Shown one piece after another: positions 13,019-25,026 of a DNA stretch of 64,000 nucleotides. The notes under the pieces were generated by a model that saw only the letters and a list, made by a program, of their open reading frames with translations, had not been told where the DNA came from and searched no databases. Within the stretch, counting starts at the first letter, position 1. Every line of letters begins with the position of its first letter. The position numbers and the translations under genes were made by a program. Source of the stretch: Podospora anserina (taxonomy: Eukaryota). The stretch spans positions 868,001 through 932,000 of the forward strand of contig CM030336.1 in the NCBI GenBank assembly GCA_017654855.1, given 5' to 3'.

Positions 13019-14735
13019 TGCGGGTAGCGAGCTTGGGGGTTGACAGCGCGGATTGCGAGGAACGAACGGTGAGGGGAGCGCCTGCGATGCAGCGCTCTGG
13101 GGTATGCTACGAAGGGAGGTCCTGCCTGCGCGACAGTGTCTTGAAGGATTTGTATTAGGTTGGGAGTCGGTTCCTGAAGAGAGGTGATGATAAAGAGCAA
13201 CGGCTATCTTTTTGTTGCTAAGTTCTGGAATGTTTGACAGCGGCCAGCTGTGGATCGACTGTGCCTCTGGTGACGTTGTCGACTGGTGCACCTGCAAATG
13301 AAAGCTTGGAAACCGTTCGAGCTGCTCTTCAATGCGGGGCAGGCGCAGTGCAGCGAGAGAGAGACAGCCAAGGGCGGGGTAACAACTTGGAATTATTTCA
13401 GGTCGGGTTGTCAAACAGCTCCGGGATGGGCGATGAGCTTTCCTTTATGTATATGGAAATAGCTAGCTATGTGCATGTGAAGGCTCTGAGCGGGATATAT
13501 GTAGTGTAATGAGGATGCTGACTGCTATTGCGAAGAACCTGTCATCTTTCTCGATTCTCACAGCTTTCGAAGCCGTCGACGTAATTTTTTGGGCGGGATC
13601 AAGGATGCCGAGTGCGGGACAGATGGCTGGCAGCCCTGCCCGCATCAGCTTCAGCTAAAACGCCAGAAACGCCACGATAAAATCCCGGCAAGTCTCCACC
13701 CTGTCCCATCACCATGTCACCGTTATCAAGAGCATCACTTGTTGAGAGGAAGGCACAATTCCCTATATTTGTCTCTGGATCCTGATATCTTGGCCAGGCT
13801 GCGACGCTGAAATCGCCATTTTGCACCTTCCAACCGGCCACAACCACGACAGGGATTCATCAAATGGCGCACCATACGACGATGCACCGTGGTGGCCATG
13901 CAAAGCGCACCGAGCCGAAATCTCTTGTTTGAGATGTTTTTTTTTCTTTGCTCTCGCCTGCCCAGATCGTGATTTCGGACCTTCTTTCCAGCCGTGACCC
14001 GCTTGGCTCACACTTTAATGCTGAACCACTGTTCAGAAACTGGAGGCCTGACAGCAAGACGACAGGACAGGACTCTGGAGGAATGTTCTTTGCTATTCTT
14101 CAGTCTGCACGTTCCTTCAGCAGGACCCGCTCCTGTCGTCAGCCTGGCTCAACGGCACGCGGGCCACATGCTCCTGGGCAACAAGACAGCTCAGGACACC
14201 AGCGACTGAACACCAAGAGCTGCACGACCTGAGATGTCACTTTTCTTGAACCTCGACTTTAGCCGTCCAAGGTCGGTCGGCTGGACTGCGGAGCAATCCC
14301 AGGCCAATCAAACGGCCACAACCCCCCCCCCCCATGTCACCTGCTGCCCGATTCTTTGTCAATCGACCGGACCGAGACGCCCAGCAGCCTTGTTGGACCC
14401 ACATCCGAAGCCACGATCGAAACGGAGTGCTGCGATCTGGAACGGTAGCCCGGCTTGGCATCATCCTCGATTATACAATTACATGGACGGCGACATGCCC
14501 GAGAGGGCTACCAAGTTTGCATTGATACTGCACTGTGATGCAGACTACGGGCATCTCTCAACAGCAAACAACAAGTTGAAACATACCACTGACAGTTCGG
14601 ATGGTTTTAAAGCCATCAATCATGTGGATCTCCCGTGCAACACAGCCATGTTGTGCTGCCTGTGATGTGTCACCTCTTAGGTAAAGTATATATACTTATA
14701 ACTAAGTAAAGAGAGCTAGGTAGTACTTGAAGCCA

Positions 14736-16397
14736 CTACCTCTGCACAGGCGTCAAGTAAGCATTCAGCGCCCCCTTCTCCCACAGGTTGAAAATCCGCT
14801 GCTTGCTCATCCAGTCGGCGCTGTCCTCATCCATCTTCAAGTCAAAGTTCCAAAGTACGCGGGCAAGAATCAAACGCATTTCGATGTAGGCCAGGTTCCT
14901 TCCCAAGCAGTTCCGGGGACCCAAGTGGAAAGGTTGAAAGGCTTCCTTGTGATCGCTCGCGAATTCGGGGTCGCCAAGCCATCTCTCAGGGTGGAATTCG
15001 AAAGGCTTCTTGAAGTGCTCCTCGTTGTGATACATGGCCCACTGATGGACGGCCACGACCGTCTGCTCATTCAGAGTCGTCAGCTGCTAGCATATCAGAA
15101 CTCGGAAAGGGATGACTTACACCACCCGGGACATAGTGTCCAGCGATGCTAGCTCCCGCTGGGGGAACAACTCTGGGCAGCCCAGTCGGAACAGGAGGAT
15201 ACATCCTGAGCGCCTCGTCCAGGCAGGCGAGCAGATAGGGGAGGTTGCTGACACTCATAAAGTCAATCTCGTCCTCGGACTTGAAAGCACCTCTGACCTC
15301 GGCCGTGAGTTTCTCCAACGCGTCAGGGTTCGTCATCAGCAAGAAAGTAACCCCCGAAAGGAGCGTCGCTGTCGTCTCGGAGCCACCAATAATGAGAATC
15401 GCACTGTTGGCCTGCAGTTTCTGAAGCGTAAGACCCTGTTTCCCACAAGTCAGCTCACCACCCTCCCTGTCAACAACACGTCCGAAGGCTCAAAAACTCA
15501 CCCACTCATCCGCCTTCTTCAACAACCCCTCAATCAAATCACTCCTCTCCTTCCCCCCCTCCATCCGTTTCTTCAACTTCACCAACGTCATCTGATAGTG
15601 CCTCTCCCGTTCCTCCATCAAGCTCTTGGGCACCACCGCCATCAGCGCCTTGAACACCCACGGGTAATGAACCAAGCTCTGAAAAACAACCCCCACCCTC
15701 GCCAGCTCGAAAATCGCCTTGACCCACGGGTGATACTCCCCGCCCTCCAAACACCCAAAACTCTCCCCAAACGCCAAATCCCCAATCACATCAAAAGTAG
15801 TATAGTTATACCACGCCGCCAAATCCACCTTTTTTCCCCCGGCCGCTCTGAGCTTTCTCATCAACAAATCAACATACTGCTTAATCAACGGCTGCTGCTC
15901 CCTCATGCTCCGATCAGAGAAACCGTGCGCCATTGTTCTTCGTAGTAGACCATGCTCCTCCCTTTTGGCGTTCACAATGTCAACCGGGAGGTCGTCCACC
16001 GGGCGGTAAAACCCGAGGTACTTTTCAAACTCTTCCGACTTGTCGGTGCGGTGGCCCATGATGTCCTTCCAGGCCTGGGGGTTGGAGAAGGCGAGCTCGT
16101 TGGGGCCGATGCGGACGACGGGGCCGTACTTTTGGTGGAGGGGGAGGAGGTCGAAGGGGAGGGTGCCGCGACACAGGAGGCGGATGTGGCCTAGGCGGGT
16201 GGCGCGCATGAGGAGGGGGCCGGGGAAGGAGCGGAGAGGGTGGAGGAGAAGGTTGTAGAGTATGCTGCCCAGGACGTAGAGGGCGAACTGGGAAGGGTGG
16301 TCAGTATTTGTGGCTTGTGATGGGAAAAGGTGGGATGACTTACGCCTCCTACGAGGAGGAGGAGCGAGGGCCCTACTCCTAGGGACAGGAGGGCCAT
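14736..16397 (-). CDS. Cytochrome P450 monooxygenase (CYP65-like). Exons about 16397-16344, 16287-15502, 15435-15121, 15062-14736
   Basis: N-terminal TM anchor, HPLRSFPGP, I-helix IIGGSETT, ExxR (EALR), PERW, heme motif FHLGPRNCLG. Confidence 0.93.
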
Positions 16398-17593
16398 GGT
16401 TGGTTGGTGATGTTCAGTGGTGTGGTGTTGATATGAGGGTGTTTGCTCAAGTCGCGAGTGCCGCTTGTGATGATTGCTATCATGGGATGTTCTGCCGTTC
16501 GCATCCAAAATTCCCACGCGTTTCACTGCTATTCAAACTAAAAGTGCGAAACTGACTCGTTCCCGCCTTTCCAGCAACTAAACTACTCGTCAAGCCAAAA
16601 AAAAAAAAGTTGGAAGATTCACAGGTAACCAGACCAGAACTCGCATTTGCTCGGAACCGGACTCAGTGTCGCATTTTGTAGTCCACGCAACATTGTGCGA
16701 GCTTGATAAACCCCCCCTTGGCCGAGAACTTGCCCCCCTCCCCCCGGACCTCGGATCTGCATTTGCCATTTTTTTCTCCTCCTCAGGTTTGTGCGGTGAG
16801 TGAGTGAACGTGTGGTTGCAATTCAGTGGTAGGCGGGTACGAGTACGATGGGAAAAAAGCAGGTGAAACCAAAGGTTCAATCTTGGGGTTGATAGGTTTA
16901 TATTGGTCAGTCCAACGCCCCTGCGCGGCACATGGACTCACCCTGGTCTTGATCTTCATCGACACAAACTCGGCTTACGTCCAAGTATATACCTGTAGCG
17001 TATAGGTTATCATGTCAGCACTCTAGAATATATGTTCATACTAGAATTACCTTACCCACCGCCCTTCACAATCCTCCTGTCCGACCTCGACCGCTTCTCA
17101 GGGGTAACGCCGATCCGTGATCCCGCCAAGACGGAACAGAGCTTCAGAGCGAGGTCACCATCCTGGAATGGTTAGCGCTCATCGGCCGCTAACGGTTGCA
17201 AAAGCTTAGGGGGGAACGCCACTAGAAGCTGTTTTGGTGTACGAATTCGAGAAGGCCGGAATGACACCTTGTTCTCCTCGAGTTTGTTCAGGAAGAAGGA
17301 CTCGTTTGTGCATTGGACGACCGATACTACATCCTCATCAGGCAGGTCATAGTGGAAGCCTTGGTGTGAAGAGGTCTCACGTGAAACAAGCACAAGTCCT
17401 CATGTGCCTAAGTGGAGTTAGTTGTAGAAATAGGATGGTCAATGATTAAAGTGTCACCTACGTGTACGTCTACTCTAAATCTACTTATATATCCGCATCT
17501 CCCAGGCATCAAACTTCCCCCACCAAATCAACTCGCCAACCCTGCGTAGTCAATCCTCCCCAAAACTTGTCCACGATGTAAAATCGCCCCCCC

Positions 17594-18892
17594 TCAACAC
17601 CTAGGTAATCTTCCCATCAACCCACCCCCCCCCAACAAACCACCAACCCAGCAATTCCCCCCCTCCACCGCTCCCTCCCTCACCCTCCCCGCCCAGCTCC
17701 TCAAATTCCTAAACGCCCTCGCCCCTTTCAAAAACTCGTCCCGTCCCCTCATCATCTCCCACCTCCCCAACTCAGCCATGTAATACCCCAACCCCTCCAC
17801 CTTTTTATCCACCCCTTCTTCCTGCTCAGCAACAAAATGCACAAACAACCTCAACACCCCACCCGCATCATAAACCCCCGAAAACGCCAACCCCTCCCCT
17901 TTTCCTTCCCCCCTTTTCCTTTCCCCCGGTGCGTAACTCCTCAGCACAAACATCCCCCTCGCCCCATAAGCCCCATCCACCGCCACCGCAGCAACACCCC
18001 CCTTCCCCCCCCTCCCAACAACCTCGACAAAAAAGTTGGGCGCAACAGGTACCTCGTACCTCTTGGTCACGACGATAAACTCTTCCTCCCGATCCCGAAT
18101 AAGATGTTCCAACTCTGCCGGTCGAACACCGTCGAAGCTGTACGGGGTGGGGATTACGTCAGGGAGCGAGTTGACCGGTTTCATGGCGTTGAAGGGGATG
18201 TAGATCCTGTTTTGGGGGAAGGCGGGGACACACCCGGCGATGGTGTCCAGGACCCCATCGGGGAGGAGGCGGTCGTCTTGGGAGGGGAGGAGGGAGGATT
18301 TATGCTGGAAGGTGTCATATGCTTCTGAGGAAAAGGACGTGGTTGTGAGGGTCTGTATCGGGGTTGAGAGGTAAGTCAAAATTTTGTCAAGGTCCGACGG
18401 TGAGGGGGAGGAGGGGGAGGGGAGGTGGATTCGGTGGTCGAGGAGGTGTTGTTCTTGGAGGAGGGAGTAGATTGTGGTGGGGGATGGGCGGGCGGTGGTA
18501 CCAGGGCGGGGGGGCAGAGAGGAGCGGACTCGTCGGGGGGGAGGAGGAGGGCGGGTGGGTTGGAAGAAGGAGGGGTGTAAGTCGCGGAGGTATCGGGTTT
18601 CGATCGGGGGGAAGGTGAGTGATTGGCTTCGACTGCTGCTGGTGTGGACGCGAGCGATGGTCATGTTTCGCACCGCGCCGGGGGCTGGGAGGGAGGTTCT
18701 ACGGTCGCGGTCGCGATCGCGGAGGGACCAGCATAATCGTGGAAGCTGGGAGTAGTCGCTCCACAGGACGGGATAGTTTTCGTTGTTGTCGCCGATGGTG
18801 ATTTTGGTGGGGCGTTGGTTGTCGTCGTCGTGGTCGTCGTCGTCGTCATCGTTTTCACGATGGCGCTTTGATCCGTGCGGCGGTGTTGTCAT
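17594..18892 (-). CDS. Uncharacterised fungal protein; low-complexity N-terminus plus a degenerate PD-(D/E)XK-nuclease-like C-terminal domain
   Basis: 432-aa intronless ORF. PYSFDG..APNFFVEV..DGAYGARGM..YYM..GARAFRNLRSWA resembles a widespread fungal family I recall with consensus KPDxYDG..PNFFLEAKG..YDGAxGAR (recognition from memory). Confidence 0.6.
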   Translation of the reverse strand: MTTPPHGSKRHRENDDDDDDHDDDNQRPTKITIGDNNENYPVLWSDYSQLPRLCWSLRDRDRDRRTSLPAPGAVRNMTIARVHTSSSRSQSLTFPPIETRYLRDLHPSFFQPTRPPPPPRRVRSSLPPRPGTTARPSPTTIYSLLQEQHLLDHRIHLPSPSSPSPSDLDKILTYLSTPIQTLTTTSFSSEAYDTFQHKSSLLPSQDDRLLPDGVLDTIAGCVPAFPQNRIYIPFNAMKPVNSLPDVIPTPYSFDGVRPAELEHLIRDREEEFIVVTKRYEVPVAPNFFVEVVGRGGKGGVAAVAVDGAYGARGMFVLRSYAPGERKRGEGKGEGLAFSGVYDAGGVLRLFVHFVAEQEEGVDKKVEGLGYYMAELGRWEMMRGRDEFLKGARAFRNLRSWAGRVREGAVEGGNCWVGGLLGGGGLMGRLPRC

Positions 18893-19291
18893 ATTGAGTT
18901 TTAAGGTCTTGTCACTGTCGAAACTGACACGGGTAGAGACAAAAGACGGGAAAAGGCAGGGAGCGGGGAGCGGACCTGATGCGGTTTTCCACCCTTCCCA
19001 TGGCCTATTTTATGGAAAAGACGGGAGCAGAGGTTGCACCTAACTGCACGCCACCGAGGAAGGAAAAGTGTCCAATGCTACACACAATCATCCGAAGCGA
19101 ATCATGCCACTTCCATCCCGTGGTTGGGTGTGTGACATGGTGCATTTCGACTGGGCAGCAAAAGAATACAAGGAAAATAGTTACACTGCATCTTTGGGTC
19201 AAGGTAAGGTAGGTTGACAGGTGTCATGACCTGTCATGGTGCCGCTGTGTTGCCCTTTTCCCGCCTTGAACTTGAGACACAGCACTGCTAC

Positions 19292-21228
19292 CTACAACCT
19301 CAACCGAATCCTCTCAAACACATTCGGCGTCAACCTCACGCAAACCCCGGCCAACCGAAACAAACACTCCTGCGGATAGTAATTATACTCCATCGCCTCC
19401 CTCCCCCTCCCAAACCCAGTCCTATCCGCATACCTCCTCACCACTCTCCCCCACCACGCCCTAACCCCCCCATCCACCACCCCCTCAATCGAGTCCCTAA
19501 ACACCACCCTCGGCGTGAACAGCTCCCCCCCAACCGTCCCATCACAAACCCCATCCCTCCCCAGGTTAGTATCCCCCCCATTACACTCCCTCACCAACCC
19601 CCCGTCGATCAAGTCCATCAGCCCCGCCGCGACCCTCCCCTCGCTCGTCTCCATCGTATCCCTATCACTACCGCAGCTATACCCCCCATAATCCCAACCC
19701 CCAATCACCTGCCTGCCCAACAAACTCGCCGCGAAAGCAGTAGCCCAACCCTCGGAGAAAGCAAGCCCCTGCTCAACAGGACTACCTCCGCAGATAGTAT
19801 GCGCCCCTCCCCTCCCGGGAATCCCCCCGGCAAGCGAGTACATGAAGTGATGGCCCAGCTCATGAGCAAAGTGATCCCCGCTCTGAGACCCAGCACTCCC
19901 CCAGATATCAATCTTGTTCTGTCCCGGGTAGTACCTCGACCAATCCATCGGGTACTGAATCCCCAGTTTGGGCACATCCCAGGCCCCGACCAACCGGTCA
20001 GCCGTTTGATGGATGGTGTTAAATTCGTTCCATAACCTGACCAGTTCCGGGCCAAAGGAGTGAGGGATGATGGCATCGACTGTTACTTCGTTTGTGGGGG
20101 AGATTTTGTAGGGGAGGGGGAATTCTGTGCCCCCCGTCCGGCCGAGGTGGCTTGTCCCGCCTCGGAACTGAAGTTTGGTATTGTCAAAGGCGACCGAGAT
20201 CAAGACGATGAATTGGTCCGAGGGGAGGGTGATTGTTTTGGTGGCGCGGCCGGCGGGGGAGAGGGTGAGGGAGGTGAAGCCGTAGGTTTGGCGGGAGTCG
20301 TCGGTGATGTCCTGGATGTAGATCCAGACTGTGGCGCCTGACATTGGGGGGTGGGTTGCGGGGGTGGTGGAGCGGTCTTCCCAGCGGACGCGGAGGGTTA
20401 CTTTGTAGGTTTCCTTCTCTCGGCGAGGGGGGTTGCCGTCAATGGGGTAGGGGAGGAGGAGAGGGATGTTTGGTGGGTTGGACAAGACGGGGGTGGGTTC
20501 GTCGGGGTAGTCGGGGCAGGAGCAGGTTTTGTTGAAGTCGGAAGGGTCGGGGAGGGGGATGGTGGGGATGGTTTGGTTACGGCGGTAGAGATCGAGGAGC
20601 CAGTTGTCCCTGTGTTGTTGCGGTGAGTAGGGGGTTTGTGAAGAAGAAAAGGGGTTGCGTACCAGTACTCTGCGGGTTCTGTGAACTGAACTGCCAGGTG
20701 TGCCTTGTCTTTCTTGTCAGGCACCACGGTGAGGTACACCAAGTCTTTCCCAATCATCCTAATGTCAAGCGTGCCATTGCTGTTTTGCTGGGGGGCCACC
20801 TCCACTGACAGCTCATAGGAGCTCCCAACAGCAGGATCCTCGAGATGGATCATTTCCTTCTGAGAAACTTCACTTGACACTACTTCCCCTGTAGCAACAA
20901 CGGTAGGCTCAACATACTCAACCTGCACAGGTCTAATCCCAATCGAATAGGTGAGGTTCCTGCTGGCATAGTTCTTGCCCAATCGGGAAAAGGACAGGTC
21001 CAAGGGTAGATGAATCGATGAGCCAGTCTTGCCAGTGCCGATAGGTACCACTCTGGTGGGACGTGTAATCTTGACGCTGGCAGGTGGTTGTGCACGAACC
21101 GTAGTTTCGACGGCCTGTTCGCGTTCGGTAATGGATCCAATGACAATCCAGGCTATGAACAGACCTAGGAGGCCAATCAAGGCCAACGAGCGCTGTTGAA
21201 ACATGGTGAGCTTGGCGATTATTGCCAT
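19292..21228 (-). CDS. Membrane-anchored or secreted zinc metalloprotease-like protein (627 aa). Exons 21228-20663, 20609-19292
   Basis: A 53-nt intron (GTACGC...CTCAC...CAG) joins the two overlapping ORFs in frame. N-terminal hydrophobic segment, HELGH (HEXXH), and downstream AFSEGWA as a candidate third zinc ligand. Confidence 0.78.
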
Positions 21229-21871
21229 GGAGCCTGCAGCGGTGCAACGCTGTCGGCTGCCGTTCTTATAGGTTTTCGTGTCATGCTGTCGTCGATGTTG
21301 GTAGCCGTGGTCTAGACTCTACTCTGGTTCTCTACAGCTCAGCCGCAGCAGACTTAGTTGGGCCGAAGCAGTGCGTGATAAGGAGAGGCGTCCAGTCTAG
21401 CTGTTTTGTGGTCGGTGTATGAGTGAGTCAGACTGGTGGCAGCGAATCGAGAAGACATACGGTAAAGGATGCCTGGAACAGGCTTAGGATATCTAGTCTT
21501 GCCACCAATGTCGTCTTCTCAAGGGCAAGTTGTTCACCCGCCTTTCTATTGCCATCAGCCCTACGCTAGCTTGTTCTGTTGAATATCGTCGGTGTTGGAA
21601 CTGTGGCTGCATGATGGCTTCAGCTCGCGTATCTGATCCAATGGTTGATCCGACTAGACTCTGGACTCACCGGTTAGCAACAGGTGTGGCACGACTTAGC
21701 TGTTTCGTCCCAATCCCACACAATACTCATGAGAAAGGAAGATAGCGTTGAAAATCAAGTAGGTATATTGCGTGCGGTACGTGCTGGGGGGGGGGTATCC
21801 AAAAAAGCAACAATCATCCTCTCCCTCCTTTACATATCTCGTAAACTTCTTCCAATCGAAAGCCCAGAATT

Positions 21872-22651
21872 TCATAAGAGAATCAAAAAGGTAAGCAAGC
21901 TCAAGGCCACCGTCATCCCGCCAGAGCCTTTCAATATCCCAGCAAGGTTCTGTTGCATTTGGCTAGGAGCCGCCTGGCTGGCTACCACCTGCCCAGTAGA
22001 TGCCAGGACCCTCTTTCCAGTGTTGTATTGAATGTTGTAAACAGGCGCAGTCGTTAATTCGGCCGGTGTCCCCAATCCGTTCGGGCACTGCGCTTGGTTT
22101 GCTGCTGGCCAGTCCAGATTGCACGGTTCGTCGTGTCCCCAAGAACAGATAGGATCCAAGATGTTGAAAAGAATGTGGTTCTTGCCAACCCAGGTATCCT
22201 TCTCAAGGCAGCTGGCGAGGAAGTTCATGCTGTTTGCCGCGCTCAAAGGAAGCTTGCCGTCTGGTGTATGGATCAAGTCGGAGCATTCAGAAGCTGCCAA
22301 TTCCTCATACTCCATGGGCGTCTCGCCGCCAGCTGTTGGCTTCTCTGTCGCCGAATAGCCCGAGTACAGATAATTCCAAGCGTCGTAGCTGACATCGTAT
22401 GCGCCCTCGCTCTGATCGATGCGCAAAAGTTTGACCTTCCTCCCCTCATAACTGAGCGAAATGCAGATGTTGTTGCAGTCAACTGAGCCAGGCCAGTAGG
22501 CGATGCGATTGGTGTCCACCTTGCAGCCCAAAACTCCAACTGAAGAAGAATAACTCTCGTGAGGTGTCGCCCAAACGGTGCCTTTGGCCGCGCGCGCTGT
22601 TGTGGCGGCGGCGATGAGAAGCGAAGAGAATTGAATGACTTGGCGCATCAT
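21872..22651 (-). CDS. Secreted cerato-platanin/expansin-like (double-psi barrel) protein, probably GPI-anchored
   Basis: Signal peptide, Cys-containing domain (TPHESYSSSVGVLGCK...YDVSYDAW), hydrophobic C-terminal tail. Confidence 0.7.
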   Translation of the reverse strand: MMRQVIQFSSLLIAAATTARAAKGTVWATPHESYSSSVGVLGCKVDTNRIAYWPGSVDCNNICISLSYEGRKVKLLRIDQSEGAYDVSYDAWNYLYSGYSATEKPTAGGETPMEYEELAASECSDLIHTPDGKLPLSAANSMNFLASCLEKDTWVGKNHILFNILDPICSWGHDEPCNLDWPAANQAQCPNGLGTPAELTTAPVYNIQYNTGKRVLASTGQVVASQAAPSQMQQNLAGILKGSGGMTVALSLLTFLILL

Positions 22652-23157
22652 GGCGACTAATGAATGTGAATGGGTGAAAAGGAGCGTAGGTTTGTTTGTA
22701 TACAGTGTACCAAGTATGTACTGTGTGTGTAAGTGCTGGTTAAAAGAATGTGGTTGTATGTATCATGGTCAAGAATGAAGCGAATGTCAAGCCAACATGG
22801 CGGCAGATTGTCACCAGCTCAAGCAGCAAAAAGCGACGATGAGAACTGAAGGTTCCGCGCCCACGTCAAACTCACGAGAGAGAAAAGAAGAAGGACACGC
22901 GCTGGGCCGCTGGCGGCGTCAGGAACCAAAAGCCAACGCCCTCACTGAGACTCTGAGAGAGATTAAAGTCGACCGTTTGGGATTAGGCTGAGGATTGTGG
23001 AGTGCGCTAATTGGCCCAACGGCGACAAGCGAGATCCACAGGGGTTCATCCCCCCCCCGGACATTGGATGGGCACGCGGGGATTGGCCCACATCTGCAAG
23101 TGATTCCGAGCAGCCGACAGGCAGTGGGTTAGGGTTCAAAGGAGGTTCAAACGATGC

Positions 23158-24276
23158 TCAGATCTCATCGGGAATGTCATTGGTGTTCCTCCTTCGTTCT
23201 TCGAGTCTCCTTGGAAGTGGCGGCACCGATACAACCTCAGTTGCCTCCATATCCCCCCCCCGGAATGAGTAGGTGAAGGTCCAACCCGAACCTGCACCCC
23301 CATGTTCGCCTTTGGTGTTGGCCACCACAATCCCGCTCGACATGTTGGGATACTTGCGCAGCATTCTGGCAACAACATCCTCTGCGGCATCCTGTGGGCT
23401 CATCCCCTGTCTCAAGTTCTCGATAGCCTGGTAGCAAGGCAAGAAGCGCATCATAATATCGCCGTCCCCGGTGGCTCCGCATCCACCAACATCACCGTCA
23501 ACATAAGACCCGCTCCCGACAATCGGGCCATCTCCAACTCTTCCAGGGACTTTGTGTGAAGCCCCGTTGGTCGATGTTCCCGCGGCCATAATCCCTGATT
23601 CATGAATCACAACCATGGATATAGTGTCATGCGACACAGCGCCCTCGTCCTCCATCACCGATCTCGCCAGTGTCTGCTGATCAATCCCAGGCAACGGCGT
23701 ATAGGGCCCACACGAAGTTCTCGGATCAGGCGCAACATTCAGCCTATAATTCGACTGGCAATTGGCCCTCTTCCAAGCCTCGCACTTCTCCTTGCTTGCC
23801 TCGGTCGTTAAATCCTGTTCCTTGAACCCATTCTCGATGGCAAAATTGGTAGCCAAATCTCCAACAAGAAGTGAATGCCTAGTGTGCTCCAGTACAGCAC
23901 GTGCGACACCAATCGCGTCTTTGATCCTCCGCAAGCCGGCAACAGCACCGGTCTTCATGGAGGTGCCATCCATGACCATGGCATCAAGAGTGGTCTCGCA
24001 GGACTCGTCCGGTGAGCCGCCATAGCCAACAGTGGTATCGCACTGGTTCTTCTCACATGTCGCGCACCCAATCTCAACTGCATCCAGAGCGGACGTGTTT
24101 CTGTCGGCGATGAGGGCGAGATATGCCGCATCAGTGGCCGCTGTGAAAGCGCCGCCCCACGTGTTGATCACGAAGGGGAGCCCTGGGCTTCGGCTTGCAG
24201 AAACACATGTTGAAGCGGTCAAAAAGGCGAGAAATGAGAGCACCGCAGAGGCACGGGAATGAGGCCGGAGCACCAT
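23158..24276 (-). CDS. N(4)-(beta-N-acetylglucosaminyl)-L-asparaginase (glycosylasparaginase, Ntn hydrolase)
   Basis: Signal peptide, VINTW, VGYGGSPDE, HDTI autoproteolysis site, GTSTNG, GRVGDGP, ATGDGD. Confidence 0.95.
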   Translation of the reverse strand: MVLRPHSRASAVLSFLAFLTASTCVSASRSPGLPFVINTWGGAFTAATDAAYLALIADRNTSALDAVEIGCATCEKNQCDTTVGYGGSPDESCETTLDAMVMDGTSMKTGAVAGLRRIKDAIGVARAVLEHTRHSLLVGDLATNFAIENGFKEQDLTTEASKEKCEAWKRANCQSNYRLNVAPDPRTSCGPYTPLPGIDQQTLARSVMEDEGAVSHDTISMVVIHESGIMAAGTSTNGASHKVPGRVGDGPIVGSGSYVDGDVGGCGATGDGDIMMRFLPCYQAIENLRQGMSPQDAAEDVVARMLRKYPNMSSGIVVANTKGEHGGAGSGWTFTYSFRGGDMEATEVVSVPPLPRRLEERRRNTNDIPDEI

Positions 24277-24728
24277 GGCAAAATTGCGAGGTGCAAAAGA
24301 ATGAGGAGTAGCCCAAACTCAAATTCGTGGGAGAGGTGAGTGATAAGGAACATCGAGTAAGGAAGGTGGTGCTGGATAAAATGGAGAGGTGGTCCGTGCC
24401 GCCCTTTGTCACCTGGCCACCAGCAAGAAAACAAGGCTCAGGGGGAGGACCCCTACCCTAACCCTGACATGCCTCCTTCATTGCCGACAACCACATCCAG
24501 AGCAAACAACGAGATCTGGAAAGAAATGTGCACAGTCACAGCATGTCAGCCATAGTTTAATCAGACCCTTGTTGGTAAAAACTAACAAGACAGTGACAGC
24601 AGTCTCTCGCCACGACTAAGAACAACAAACAAAGTGTCCTAACCCACTCGAACTTCCTTGCGGCCTTCTCCTCCATGTTCCGCGCTCCAACCCCATCCCA
24701 ACCCCCCACACCAACTCTGAACCCCCAC

Positions 24729-25026
24729 CTAACAAAACAGCAAAACCCAAACCACAAACAAAAAAAACCCACCGAAAACCACAAACAAAACCAACAAAGC
24801 CATCACAATATTGTAATGAGCCACCTCCTTGTGGCCATGCACAAGCGCCATGCAACTCTCTGCCTCCTGCAAGAACTGGGCCACGGTGTCGTTGAACGCC
24901 TCGGCGTGCGGGTGATCAGTGTTGAAGGTCATCAAGTGGGCGAGAAGGGCTAGCTTGTCGGCGAGGGTATGCATTCTGGCATGCTTTTCGTTGAGGAGGT
25001 CGTTGAAGGTGGCGGGTGTGGATTCC
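24729..25026 (-). CDS. Small hypothetical protein with a C-terminal TM segment (last exon; start uncertain)
   Basis: Open frame preceded by a CTTAAC...CCAG acceptor; hydrophobic C-terminus. Confidence 0.35.

Noticed and set aside
15112-15945. 277-aa plus-strand ORF (and similar long antisense ORFs at 19214-20035, 4799-5434, 60656-61201)
   Set aside because: Antisense to well-supported genes; a consequence of codon bias.
20398-20485. Apparent frameshift or programmed frameshift between ORFs 20398-21228 and 19292-20485
   Set aside because: Explained by a canonical 53-nt intron at 20662-20610 that joins them in frame.
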